This document shows, piece by piece, positions 1-12,532 of a stretch of DNA of 64,000 nt. Below the pieces are notes generated by a model that saw only the letters and a program-made list of their open reading frames with translations, made no database searches and was not told the origin of the DNA. The stretch lies in contig CAWJSJ010000005.1 of the NCBI GenBank assembly GCA_963845565.1, forward strand, positions 640,001 to 704,000. The letters are read 5' to 3'. This DNA is from an uncultured Methylomirabilota bacterium. GTDB taxonomy: Bacteria > Methylomirabilota > Methylomirabilia > Methylomirabilales > 2-02-FULL-66-22. The position numbers and the translations under genes were made by a program. Position 1 is the first letter of the stretch. Every line of letters starts with the position of its first letter.

Positions 1-43
1 CGTCGAAGTGCGCTGATCCGCAGTCCTGTTCCAAGGGCACCCC

Positions 44-874
44 ATGACCCTGATCGAAGCCTGCGCCCTGGGGATCGTCCAGGGCATCACGGAATTCCTC
101 CCCATCAGCAGCACGGCCCATCTGCGGGTGGTCCCCGCCCTGCTCGGCTGGGAGGACCCCGGGGCCGCGTTTACCGCGGTGGTGCAACTTGGCACGCTGC
201 TGGCCGTCCTGGTGTACTTCGCCGGCGACATGCGAACCATGGCTCGCGCCGCCCTCGCGGGGTTGATGGGCGGAAAGCCACTGGCGAGCCAGGAGGCCCG
301 CCTGGCATGGTTCATCATCATCGGTACCTTTCCGATCGGGCTATGCGGGCTGGCCTTCAAGAGACACATCGAAGGGGAGTGGCGCTCGCTGTATGTGATC
401 TCCGCCAGTTTGATCCTCCTGGGGATCGTGCTGTGGTGGGCCGAGCGGTCGGCGACGTTCCGGCGTGAGGTGGACCAGATCGGGTGGCTGGACAGCCAGT
501 TGATCGGGCTTGCGCAGGCGGTGGCCCTGATCCCCGGGGCGTCCCGGTCGGGCACGACGATGACTGCGGCGATGCTCCTGGGTCTCACCCGCGAGTCGGC
601 GGCGCGCTTCTCCTTCCTGCTAGGGATTCCGGCGATCGGCGCGGCCGGGCTCTTCGAGCTGCGGGACCTCCTGAAACACGGTGCGGGTGGGGTGGGGCTC
701 CCGGCCCTGGCGGCGGCCACGTTGACTTCGGCGGTGAGCGGGTATCTGGCGATTGACCTCTTGCTCCGGTATTTGCGCCGGAATACCACCTATCTGTTCG
801 TCTGGTATCGCATTGGGTTGGGGCTGCTGCTCCTCCTTCTGCTGTCTGCGGGCATCTTGAAGCCCCTGGGGTAA
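44..874 (+). CDS. uppP: Undecaprenyl-diphosphate phosphatase (BacA family)
   Basis: GIVQGITEFLPISSTAH and PGASRSGTT signature motifs; multi-pass hydrophobic, 276 aa. Confidence 0.97.
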   Translation: MTLIEACALGIVQGITEFLPISSTAHLRVVPALLGWEDPGAAFTAVVQLGTLLAVLVYFAGDMRTMARAALAGLMGGKPLASQEARLAWFIIIGTFPIGLCGLAFKRHIEGEWRSLYVISASLILLGIVLWWAERSATFRREVDQIGWLDSQLIGLAQAVALIPGASRSGTTMTAAMLLGLTRESAARFSFLLGIPAIGAAGLFELRDLLKHGAGGVGLPALAAATLTSAVSGYLAIDLLLRYLRRNTTYLFVWYRIGLGLLLLLLLSAGILKPLG

Positions 875-920
875 TCCATCTTCCATGTGTCCATGCGGAC
901 GCATGGCGCGAGGGCGAGAC

Positions 921-1754
921 ATGTTCAACGGCATTCATCATGTGGCGGTGGTGGTGCGAGATATCGAAAAGGCGTTGGGGTTCTACCGGGACGTCCTGGG
1001 CCTGCCGCTCGGGAAGCGGGCCACGGTCGCCGATCAGGGGGTCCACGCCGCGTTGCTGCCGGCCGGGCGGGACGAGATCGAGCTCCTGGAGCCGACCAAT
1101 CCGGCGGGCGGGGTGGCCCGGTTCCTGGAGAAGAAGGGCGAGGGGATCCACCACCTGTGCGTGGAGACGCCGGATGTCGCCGCCGCCCTCGATCGGATCA
1201 AGGCCGCCAACCTGCAGGTGATCGACCAGGCGCCGCGGAAGGGCCTGGCCGGGACGATCGCGTTCCTGCACCCGGCGGCGTGCCAGGGAATCTTGGTCGA
1301 GCTGGCCCAGCCGGCCGAGGCCGGCCATCCGCATCCGCCCTCGCCGGACGGCATCCGGGCGACGGGGATCGAGACGTTCTACCTGGGGACGAAGGATCTG
1401 CGGGCCGCCGGGGAACACTTCGCCCGGCATTTCGACGCGACGGTCCAGGGGCCGGACCGGGACGCGCGGCTCCTGGCGGACCGCATGACGGTCCGGATCG
1501 GCGGCAGCCGCCTGACGCTCCTCGACTGCGCCCAGTTGGCGGCGTCTCCCGAGGTCTCTCGATTCCTGGAGGGCCGCACCGAGGGGTTGCTTGGCCTGTG
1601 CCTTGCCGTCGCCGATTTCGACGGGGCCGTCGGGCATCTCACACGACACGGCGTACCGGTCGAGGTACGGAGAGCCGACGCCGGCGCCCCGCTGGCCAAG
1701 CTGCCGGTCGAGCGAACCCACGGCGTCGGCGTGTTTCTGACGCCGAGACTGTAG
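921..1754 (+). CDS. mce: Methylmalonyl-CoA epimerase (VOC family) with a second C-terminal VOC-like domain
   Basis: IHHVAVVV, IELLEP, FLEKKGEGIHHLC, AFLHP..GILVEL; second half contains FLEGRTEGLLGLCLAV. Confidence 0.8.
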   Translation: MFNGIHHVAVVVRDIEKALGFYRDVLGLPLGKRATVADQGVHAALLPAGRDEIELLEPTNPAGGVARFLEKKGEGIHHLCVETPDVAAALDRIKAANLQVIDQAPRKGLAGTIAFLHPAACQGILVELAQPAEAGHPHPPSPDGIRATGIETFYLGTKDLRAAGEHFARHFDATVQGPDRDARLLADRMTVRIGGSRLTLLDCAQLAASPEVSRFLEGRTEGLLGLCLAVADFDGAVGHLTRHGVPVEVRRADAGAPLAKLPVERTHGVGVFLTPRL

Positions 1755-1789
1755 CGGCCTGTGGGCCGAATAAGACGTTTCTGCCCTGT

Positions 1790-1885
1790 TTCCAAATCGC
1801 TCAATCGCCCGGGCGCCCAGTCTCCTGATTTCCCAGTCGCCTGTTCGCCGAATCGCCCACTTGCCCAATTGCCAAATTCCCACCT
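1790..1885. repeat. Degenerate 8-bp tandem array (CAATTGCC-type), solo arm
   Basis: Units such as AAATCGCT CAATCGCC ... GAATCGCC CACTTGCC CAATTGCC AAATTCCC. Confidence 0.75.
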
Positions 1886-2197
1886 TCCCTATTCAGGCTC
1901 TTCTGGGGTGGCGAAGCCGGAGCGTGTCGCGGGGCGACATTGGTCTGAAGGGCACCACATACCCATGGAGCGCTGATCCGCGTGGCGGTCAGCAGGCTTG
2001 TGGAGGCGACGTCACAGCGAGATCAAGAAGCAAGGGGATCGCTCTGAGAAATCTGATCGGCTGTCGAGCAAATTTCAAGGAAGAGGCACTCGACGGCCTG
2101 CGGCTCTCGAAGGAGGCCAGCGTGACGCTCGGGATCGGGTTCGCCGTGGGCAACGTCACGCTCGCCTCGGCGGCGGCCATCACGATCCTGAATCGCA

Positions 2198-2227
2198 TTG
2201 TATACACGGTGTTCGCGGTAGTATATT
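2198..2227 (+). promoter_or_regulatory. Putative sigma-70 promoter of activator 1
   Basis: TTGTAT-N18-TATATT; conserved in the paralogous leader at 4898-4927. Confidence 0.45.
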
Positions 2228-2332
2228 TCTTGACCGAGGTGCCGCCGCCGCTCGGCGTGGTGGCCGTCTTCCGCTGCTGCCGCACCCCAGCGGTGACGCA
2301 AGTGGACCCATCTCGCAACCCCCGGTGACCCG

Positions 2333-4676
2333 ATGACCCAATCGGAAGCCGCCCTGCGGAAAGAATTTGAAGAGCGGCTTCGGTTCGAAACGCTCCTGGC
2401 CGATCTGTCCACACGCTTTGTTTCGCTGCCCGCCGACCAGGTTGACCGCGAAATCGAAAACGCCCAGCGGCGGGTCTGCGAACTTCTCGGAATGGATCTG
2501 GCTGCTCTGTGGCAATGGTCCGATGAGGGGCCGCGGAACTTCACGATAACTCACCTGTATCGCCCGCTGGGAGGCCCGCCGCCTCCCGAACGGATCGTCG
2601 CCCAGGAGATGTTTCCGTGGTGCCTGCAGCATCTACTGGCGGGCACGATGATTCGCGTCTCCTCCGTGGATGCGCTGCCCCGCGGAGGCCGCGCGCGACA
2701 GGGAGACCTGGCGCCATTTTGGCATCAAGTCCATCGTGGCGTTTCCGCTGTCGCCCGGAGGGGGGCAGCTTTCGGCGCGCTGGTCTTCAATGCCATGCGG
2801 GAGGAGCGCACGTGGCCGGACGCGATCGTGAACCGACTGCACCTGGTCGCGCAGATCTTCGCCAACGCGCTTGCCCGGAAGCAGGCGGACCTGGCGTTGC
2901 GCGAAAGCGAGGCGCGCCTGAGCCTGGCGGCGACGTCTGCCGGGGTGGGGTTCTGGACGGTGGAGGACGAGTACCGGGCGTGTCTGGGCCACCGAGACGC
3001 TCCGGGAACTGTTCGGGTTCGCGCCGGATGTCGCGCTCACCCCCGAGAGCTTCTACCAGATTGCGCACCCCGAGGACCGTGAGCGGCTGCGCGAGGTGGT
3101 CGGACAGGCCATGCAGTCGGGGGAGGAATTCCTGGTCGAGTACCGCATCCTGTCTCCCGACGGGAGCCTGCGCTGGATCGCCTCTCGAGGACGCCGACCC
3201 CCGAACTCGACTCCAGGTTCGGAGGCCCTGTTGGGCATCTCCATGGACATCACCGAGCGCAAACACGGCGGAGGAGGCCCTCCACGGGCAGGCGAGGTAC
3301 AATCGGAGTCTGATCGAGGCCAGCCTCGACCCCCTGTGCGACCATCGGGCCCGGACGGCAAGATCGCCGACGTCAATGCAGCGACGGAGGCTCGCCACCG
3401 GCTGCTCGTGACAGGAACTTCGGGACGGACTTCTCCGACGTACTTCACCCGACCTGAGAAGGCGCGGGCCGGGTACGAGCACGGCGTTTCGCGAGGGGCA
3501 GGCTGCGCGATTACGCGCTCGACCGTGCGGCATCGGGATGGGCGGACGACCTCGGTGCTCTACAATGCCTCCGTGTACCGGGATGAGGACGGACGGGTGG
3601 CCGGCGTGTTCACCGCGGCGCGCGACGTCACCGAGCGGAGACGGCTGGAGGAGCAATTGCAGGTGCGGCTCCAGGAGATCGAGCGGCTCAAACAGCGGCT
3701 GGAGCATGAGAACATCTACCTGCGGGAAGAGGTGAAGCACCTGTCCGCATACGACGAGATCATCGGTCGGAGCGACCTGATGCGGGACGTCCTGGCGCAG
3801 GTCGACCGGGTGGCAGCGACGGATTCCACCGTCCTCATCACCGGGGAGACCGGCACGGGGAAGGAGTTGGTGGCTCGGGCCATCCACGGCGTCAGTAAGC
3901 GGAAGGACCGGGCGCTGGTGACGATTAACTGCGCCTCGCTCCCCCCGTCCCTCATCGAGAGTGAGCTGTTCGGCCGCGAGAAGGGTGCCTATACCGGTGC
4001 CTTGACCATGATGAAGGGCCGATTCGAGGTGGCCGATGGGTCCACCATCTTCCTCGACGAGATCGGCGAGCTGGGCCTCGAGGTGCAGGCGAAGCTTCTC
4101 CGCGTCCTGGAAGAGGGACGCTTCGAGCGGCTGGGATCTCCGAAGACCGTCCACGTGAACGTGCGGATCATCGCTGCCACCAACCGGGACCTGGCGCAGG
4201 ATGTTCAGGACGGCAAGTTCAGAAAGGACCTCTATTATCGCCTGAATGTGTTCCCGATCTGGATCCCGCCGCTCCGTGAGCGCTCCGAGGACATCCCGTT
4301 GCTGGTCTGGGCGCTTGTCAGGGAATTCGAGAGAAAGATGGGCAAGCGCGTCGAAAGCATCCCGAAGCGAAGCCTGGAGGCCCTGCAGCGTTATGCGTGG
4401 CCGGGCAACGTGCGCGAACTCCGCAACGTCATCGAGCGCGCCATGATCGTGAGCAGCGGGAAGAGCCTGGATCTGCACATCCCCGCAATTGCCTCCGCCG
4501 AGCCGGTGACGTCCCAAGCACTCGAGGACGTCGAGCGCACGCATATCCTGAGCGTGCTGGAGAAAACGCGGTGGCGCCTCATGGGTCACGGCGGCGCCGC
4601 CGAACGCCTCGGGCTCAAGCGAACCACGCTGCAGTCGCGGATGAAGAAGCTCGGAATCAAGCGGCCTCCATCCTGA
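2333..4676 (+). CDS. FhlA-like sigma-54-dependent transcriptional activator (GAF-PAS-PAS-AAA+-HTH), frameshifted in this sequence
   Basis: GETGTGKE Walker A, ESELFG, GAYTGA, FLDEIGE, DLYYRLNV, WPGNVREL, C-terminal GAAERLGLKRTTLQSRMKKLGI; pieces in ORFs 2333 and 3096. Confidence 0.93.
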
Positions 4677-4695
4677 CGCCAGACGCCCAAGGGGG

Positions 4696-4836
4696 GGCAA
4701 TTGGGCAGCGAGGCGACTCGGCAATTGGGTAATTGGGCAACTTGGTCCGAACCGAGCTGCCCTTCGCCTTTCCAATTCCCACGTCGCCCACTTCCCCAGC
4801 CGCCTGATTGCCTGATTGCCCAATCGCCAGATCGCC
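4696..4836. repeat. 8-bp-array inverted-repeat hairpin (both arms, empty)
   Basis: Six GGCAATTG-type units at 4696-4743 facing eight CAATTGCC-type units at 4773-4836. Confidence 0.85.
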
Positions 4837-4897
4837 GACCAAGAACGCCAAGAGACGCCCATCCGGTCGGCCATCGCCGTCACACTCCTGAATCACG

Positions 4898-4927
4898 TTG
4901 AATACGTCGTGTTTGCAGTAGTATATT
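4898..4927 (+). promoter_or_regulatory. Putative sigma-70 promoter of activator 2
   Basis: TTGAAT-N18-TATATT, exactly 2700 nt downstream of the first copy. Confidence 0.45.
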
Positions 4928-5032
4928 TCCTCACCGAGGTGCCGCTGCTGCTCGGTGTGGTGGCCGTCTTCCGTTGCTGCCGCAGACTGCCGGCGCCGCA
5001 GGTGGACCTATCTCGGAACCCCCGGTGACGCG

Positions 5033-6625
5033 ATGACCCAAACGGAAGCGAACCTCTACGCGAGTGCTCGAAGAGCGGCTTCGGTTCGAGACGCTCCTGG
5101 CCGATCTGTCGGCACGCTTTGTCGCGCTTGCCCGCCGACCAGGTTGACGGCGCGATCGAAGACGCCCAGCGCCGCATCGTGGACGCCCTTGCGCTGGACC
5201 GTAGTACGCTGTTCCAATACTCGGAGGAGAACAAGGAAGTAATCCTCACGCATTTCTGGGTCCGTCCCGGGCTATTGCCACATCCCCGGCGGACTTTCCG
5301 CGAAGGAGCACTATCCCTGGGCATTCGAGAAGATAGTGATGCAGCGCGAAATCATTCGGTTCTCGAGCGTCAACGATCTTCCACCCGAGGCCGCCCGGGA
5401 CGTGGAAACCATGCGGACGTACGGGCAGAAGTCGAACGTCACGTTTCCACTCATAGCCGAAGGGCGGGTGTTAGGCGGACTGGCGTTTGGAACGATGCGA
5501 GAGGAGCGGCACTGGACCGATGACCTGGTCGCCCGGCTGCGGTTGGTGGCGGACATCTTTGCGAATACGCTCGCGCGAAAGCGGAGCGAGGAAAGCCTCC
5601 GGCAGGCGCTCGACGAAGTGCAGCGGCTGAAGGACCAACTGCAGCGGGAGGTCACGTACCTCCAGGGGGAAGTCGAGGCGCTGCACGGCCACGACGACGT
5701 CACCGGCACGAGCCCGGCCCTCCGCGAGGTGCTGACCCAGGTGGATCGCGTCGCCCCGACGGATGCCACCGTCCTCCTGCGTGGGCGAGACCGGCACCGG
5801 CAAGGAGCTGCTGGCGGAGACGATCCACGCGCGGAGTCGCCGCAAGACCCGGGTGATGATCAAGGTCAACTGCGCGGCCCTGGCCCCGACGCTGATCGAG
5901 GCCGAGCTGTTCGGCCGGGAGAAGGGCGCCTATACGGGAGCCGTGACTCGGCAGGCGGGACGGTTCGAGCTGGCAGACGGCTCGACCCTCTTCCTCGATG
6001 AAGTGGCCGAAATCCCGCTCGACCTCCAGGCCAAGCTCCTGCGGGTCCTCGAGGCGGGCGAGTTCGAGCGGCTTGGCAGCACGAAGACGCTCCGGGTCAA
6101 TGTCCGCCTCATCGCCGCCTCCAACCGGGACCTGACCAAGGCGGTCGCCGCCGGGGCGTTCCGCGCGGACCTCTATTACCGATTGAACGCCTTCCCGCTC
6201 GCCGTTCCGCCGCTCCGCGAGCGCCCCGAGGATATTCCGCTGCTCGCCTGGACCTTCGCCAAGCGGTTTGGGGTCTTGCTCGGCAAGCCGGTCGAACGCA
6301 TCCCGCGCGAGGTGATGGAGGCGCTCCAGCGCTACCCGTGGCCCGGCAACGTCCGGGAGCTCCGCAACACGATCGAGCGCGCGATCATCCTGGCGGACTC
6401 CTCGACGCTCCGCCTGCCCGCCGGGCCAATCACCGATGGGCACTCGGGACCCGTCCCTGACCTTTGAAGAAGCCCACGGATCGCTGCGCGGGCCCATATC
6501 CAGAGTGTGCTGGAACGCACCGGTTGGCGCATTCGCGGGGCGGGGGCGCCGCGGAACGCCTCGGCCTCAAGCCGACCACGCTCGAAGCCCGGATGAAGAA
6601 GCTCGGGATCAGGCGGCCAGCCTGA
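5033..6625 (+). CDS. Second FhlA-like sigma-54-dependent activator (GAF-AAA+-HTH), frameshifted
   Basis: GETGTGKE, EAELFG, GAYTGA, FLDEVAE, WPGNVREL; HTH ends LGLKPTTLEARMKKLGIRRPA-stop at 6623-6625. Confidence 0.92.
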
Positions 6626-6627
6626 GC

Positions 6628-6664
6628 CTCCAATTACTTTGGAGTTTCTCCACTTTCTTTGGAG
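6628..6664. promoter_or_regulatory. Tandem palindromic upstream activator sequence
   Basis: CTCCA-N7-TGGAG twice (6628-6644 and 6648-6664), 20 bp apart, about 100-140 bp upstream of a -24/-12 site. Confidence 0.7.
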
Positions 6665-6711
6665 ATTTTCCCGCCACTCGCTCCTCCACTGTCAACGATC
6701 ATCATTCCTTG

Positions 6712-6724
6712 TAACTAACTGATT
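6712..6724 (-). promoter_or_regulatory. Putative IHF site
   Basis: TAACTAACTGATT, one mismatch to the reverse of WATCAANNNNTTR, lying between enhancer and promoter. Confidence 0.5.
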
Positions 6725-6764
6725 ATATTCTGCTGAAGCCTATCCTATGCGCCATCCTCATCTC

Positions 6765-6781
6765 CTGGCTCGGTGTTTGCT
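6765..6781 (+). promoter_or_regulatory. Sigma-54 -24/-12 promoter
   Basis: CTGGCTCGGTGTTTGCT, GG-N10-GC spacing. Confidence 0.8.
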
Positions 6782-6843
6782 CTTTGTACCGCCATCTGGT
6801 TTCCTTCCCTCGTGGGCCCTCGATTGAAAGAGGAGCTATCGCG

Positions 6844-7176
6844 ATGATCCGCTGCACGCTCCGGCTCCTCGTGTCCGAGGCCCATCGCCGCCAGGTCGTC
6901 GCTTCTCTCACCCCACTGATCGGGTGGACCCGGGTCGAACCGGGCTGCCGGGGGTGCCACCTGCTCGCTGACCTCGATGAGCCCCGGGCGATCGTCCTCA
7001 CGGAAGAGTGGGACTCCCAGGACGATTTGGACCGACACCTGCGCTCCGAGGAGTACCGGCGTGTCCTGGCCGCGATCGAGTTGTCCCAGGAGGCGCCGGA
7101 GATTCGTTTTGACACCGTGGAGAACCGAAGCGGGTTCGAGGTCGTAGAAGCCGCGCGGCTGCCCCAGACGGAATGA
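6844..7176 (+). CDS. Antibiotic biosynthesis monooxygenase (ABM) family protein
   Basis: TRVEPGCRGC, EEWDS..DLDRHLRSEEY; AGGAG RBS. Confidence 0.85.
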   Translation: MIRCTLRLLVSEAHRRQVVASLTPLIGWTRVEPGCRGCHLLADLDEPRAIVLTEEWDSQDDLDRHLRSEEYRRVLAAIELSQEAPEIRFDTVENRSGFEVVEAARLPQTE

Positions 7177-7379
7177 GGCGCTGCCCGTGGTGTTCGCGAT
7201 GAGTCCGGACGTTGAAATGGTCCGGGGGAGGCACGAGGGCTCCCTGGTGGGTTGGCCGCCGCCACGGGGCTGGCTCAAAACGAAACGCACCGTGGAGAGG
7301 AGATGGCAGACGTCCAAGACAGCCCTGGAGTCAAACGATGGGAGGCAGGACAAAAACACTTCGAACAGGAGGTCTCGCG

Positions 7380-8992
<1,613 letters not shown>

Positions 8993-9403
8993 CCGGAGTG
9001 AACTTGGCGGGGCGGCACGCAAGGGCTGCCCCGCCGCTGAATCTGAACAGACGACGGGTTCACGCGAACGATTCAGGGGCGAATCAAACCCCAGTCGATC
9101 CAAACACCACGGCCGAAACCGCACGCGAGGGGTCGAGGCTCAAGGTCTTTTCTCGAGTTGCGTTCCCCTGGGCACGCCGGCCGCGCGAATGCGCTGACCC
9201 ATGATGCCAATCGCGACAATCTCGTGGCAATGTGCTGTCAAGCAGCCATACGGCAGAGCGTCGAAGTGGCTCTTCAGCAGGGTGAGGTGATGCTTCCTGT
9301 CAGTTATCGTCCATGGGAAGCAGCCTCGCCTTGGGGCGAGGCCAGATTACCCCGTAACCTCCCGAGGAACGCTGACACCCCGGGACCGACCAAGGAGGAG
9401 ACC

Positions 9404-11049
9404 ATGAGGAAAGCGAGGAGGGCGATTCTGATGTTCGGGGCGATCCTGCTCTGCGCTGCGTGGATCGTCACGCCGGCGGTTGCCCAGCAGCAGAAACCCA
9501 ACATTATCCTGATCCTGTCCGACGACTTCGGCTACGGCGACTCGGGCCCCTACGGCGGCGGCGTCGGGCGCGGCATGCCCACGCCCAGCCTCGATCGACT
9601 GGCAGACGAAGGGCATGACCTTCTTCTCGTTCTATGCCCAGCCGAGCTGCACGCCGGGCCGCGCGGCGGTGCAGACCGGCCGCATCCCCAACCGCAGCGG
9701 CATGACCACCGTGGCCTTCCAGGGCCAGGGCGGCGGGCTGCCGGCCGCGGAGTGGACCCTGGCTTCGGTGCTGAAGACAGGCGGGCTACCAGACCTTCTT
9801 CACCGGCAAGTGGCACCTGGGCGAGGCCGATTATGCGCTGCCCACCGCCCAGGGCTACGACGAGATGAAGTACTGCGGCCTGTATCACCTCAATGCCTAC
9901 ACCTATGGCGACCCGACCTGGTTCCCCGACATGGACCCGAAGCTGCGCGCGATGTTCAACAAGGTGACCAAGGGGGCGCTGTCCGGCAAGGCGGGCGAGA
10001 AAGCCGATCGAAGAATTCAAGATCAACGGCCAGTACGTCAACACACCCGAAAAGGGCGTGGTCGGGATTCCCTTCTTCGACGAGTATGTCGAGAAGGCGT
10101 CGATCGAGTATCTCGACAAGGCGGCCAAATCCGACAAGCCGTTCTTCATGAGCGTCAACTTCATGAAGGTGCACCAGCCGAACATGCCGCACCCCGACTT
10201 CGACCACAAATCGATGTCCAAGAGCAAGTATGCCGATTCCATCGTCGAGAACGACACGCGGATCGGCAGGGTCATGGACAAGGTCCGCGCGCTCGGCCTC
10301 GACAAGAACACCTACGTCTTCTGGACCACGGACAACGGCGCCTGGCAGGATGTCTATCCCGACGCCGGCTACACGCCGTTCCGCGGCACCAAGGGCACCG
10401 TGCGCGAAGGCGGCAACCGCGTTCCGTCCATTGCCTGGGGGCCGAAGATCAAGGCCGGGTCCAAGAATCACGACATCGTCGGCGGCCTGGATTACATGGC
10501 CACCTTCGCATCTCTCGCCGGCGTGAAGCTGCCGGAGAAGGACCGCGAGGGCCAGCCGATCATCTTCGACAGCTATGACATGTCGCCGGTCCTCTTCGGC
10601 ACCGGCAAGTCGGCGCGCACCGAGTGGTTCTACTTCACCGAGAACGAACTGACCCCCGGTGCCGCCCGCGTCGGCAACTACAAAGCCGTGTTCAACCTGC
10701 GCGGCGACAATGGACAAGCGACCGGCGGCTTGGCCGTGGACACCAACCTCGGCTGGAAGGGTGCCGAGAAATATGTCGCCATCGTGCCCCAGGTCTTCGA
10801 CCTGTGGCAGGACCCGCAGGAGCGCTACGACATCTTCATGAACAACTACACCGAGCGCACCTGGACCATGGTGACCATCACCGAGGCGATCAAGGAGCTG
10901 ATGAAGACCTATGCGCAATATCCGCCGCGCAAGCTGCAGAGCATGGGATACGACGGTCCGGTCGAACTCTCCAAGTACCAGAAGTTCCAGTGGGTGCGGG
11001 AACAGCTCAGAAGGAAGGCATCCACATCTCCTTACCCACGGGCAACTGA
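9404..11049 (+). CDS. Secreted arylsulfatase 2 (CTPGR), frameshifted
   Basis: KPNIILILSDDFG, SCTPGRAA, GKWHLG, TTDNG, KGTVREGG. Confidence 0.93.
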
Positions 11050-11126
11050 TCACCTGTTGGCGGCCCCGGGAGCACCCCCGGGGCCGCCCCGTCCGGGCCA
11101 ACGCCTGGTTCAAGGGGGAAATCGCG

Positions 11127-12119
11127 ATGAGAAGGTTGCGTGTCCTTTTCGCCTGGACACTTTCGGTGGGCCTCGGCCTGCTCTCCGCCGTGGCCTGGGC
11201 GCAAGATCCCCTTCCCTCCTGGAACGACGGCCCGGCCCGGAAGGCCATCATCGCCTTCGTCGAGAAAGTGACCAAGGAGGGCTCGCCGGACTTCGTCCCG
11301 GTCCCCGAGCGCATCGCCACGTTCGACAACGACGGCACGCTGTGGGCCGAGCAGCCGATGTACTTCCAGTTCCTCTTCGCGCTCGACCGCGTGAAGGCGC
11401 TCGCGCCGCAGCATCCCGAGTGGAAGACCAAGGAGCCCTTCGCCTCGCTGCTCAAGGGCGACCTCAAGGGCGCCCTCGCGGGCGGCGAACGGGCGATGCT
11501 CGAGATCGTCATGGCGACCCACGCGGGCATGACCACCGCGGAGTTCGAGACGATCGTCCGGGACTGGATTGCCACCGCCAAGCACCCGAAGACCGGCCGG
11601 CTCTACACCGAGATGGTCTATCAGCCCATGCTCGAACTGCTCGCCTACCTGCGCGCGAACGGCTTCAAGACCTTCATCGTCTCCGGCGGCGGCATCGAGT
11701 TCATGCGCCCGTGGACGGAGAAGGTCTACGGCATCCCGCCCGAGCAGGTGATCGGCAGCAGCATCAAGACGAAGTTCGAGATGCGCGACGGCAAGCCCGT
11801 GCTGGTGCGCCTGCCGGAGGTCAACTTCATTGACGACAAGGCCGGCAAGCCGGTCGGCATCAACCAGCAGATCGGCCGCCGCCCGATCGCCGCCTTCGGC
11901 AACTCCGACGGCGACCTCCAGATGCTCCAGTGGACCGCCGCGGGTACCGGCCCCCGCTTCATGGGCCTCGTCCACCACACCGATGCCGCCCGCGAATGGG
12001 CCTACGACCGCAAGTCCGCCATCGGTCGCCTCGACAAGGCGCTCGACGAGGCGCAGGCCAAGGGCTGGACGGTGGTGGACATGAAGAACGACTGGAAGCG
12101 CATCTTCGCGTTCGAGTAA
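11127..12119 (+). CDS. Secreted HAD-family hydrolase (acid phosphatase-like)
   Basis: Signal peptide, FDNDGTLW, IVSGGG, FGNSDGD. Confidence 0.92.
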   Translation: MRRLRVLFAWTLSVGLGLLSAVAWAQDPLPSWNDGPARKAIIAFVEKVTKEGSPDFVPVPERIATFDNDGTLWAEQPMYFQFLFALDRVKALAPQHPEWKTKEPFASLLKGDLKGALAGGERAMLEIVMATHAGMTTAEFETIVRDWIATAKHPKTGRLYTEMVYQPMLELLAYLRANGFKTFIVSGGGIEFMRPWTEKVYGIPPEQVIGSSIKTKFEMRDGKPVLVRLPEVNFIDDKAGKPVGINQQIGRRPIAAFGNSDGDLQMLQWTAAGTGPRFMGLVHHTDAAREWAYDRKSAIGRLDKALDEAQAKGWTVVDMKNDWKRIFAFE

Positions 12120-12132
12120 CGAGGCGGGAGGA

Positions 12133-12310
12133 AAATCCGAAATCCGAAGCGCGAAATCCGAAGCAAATTCGAATGTTCAAAGGACACGACACTTTGAAAC
12201 AGTATGAGCGGGAAATACCCGCGGGGCGGTTCGCCGGTGCGGTGTTTTGAGCATTGTTCTCTTCGAGTTTCGGAATTGTTTCGGATTTCGAAATCCGGAT
12301 TTCGAGTTTT
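12133..12310. repeat. 7-bp-array inverted-repeat hairpin (empty copy 1)
   Basis: Left AAATCCG AAATCCG AAGCGCG AAATCCG AAGCAAA TTCGAATGTTCAAA; right ...TTGTTTCGGATTTCGAAATCCGGATTTCGAGTTT. Confidence 0.88.
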
Positions 12311-12335
12311 CGGCATATCATACGCGTGAAGACCA

Positions 12336-12490
12336 ATGGGTAATCAGACGATTTGGCAACTGGGCAATGGCAACTGGGCGATTTGGCGACTCGGGGCTGT
12401 GAACGGTGAAGGCTCGTTGGACCCACACCAAGTTGCCAGGTCGCCTAGTCGCCGAATTGCCCGATTGCCAAGTTGTCCGATTGCCAACCC
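12336..12490. repeat. 8-bp-array inverted-repeat hairpin (both arms, empty)
   Basis: GGCAACTG/GGCGATTT-type units facing AAGTTGCC/GAATTGCC/CGATTGCC-type units. Confidence 0.82.
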
Positions 12491-12532
12491 AGCGCTGAAC
12501 CAGGCAACGCAGCAGAACGAAGGAGGACCCGT

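Noticed and set aside
1861..2328. 155-aa ORF upstream of activator 1
   Set aside because: It starts inside a repeat array with no RBS; only its 3' part is conserved and is treated as the duplicated leader
9007..9036. Rho-independent terminator after sulfatase 1
   Set aside because: GC-rich stem is present but there is no U-tract; function unsupported
12133..12490. CRISPR array
   Set aside because: Short degenerate tandem units in inverted arms; no constant repeat with unique spacers and no cas genes
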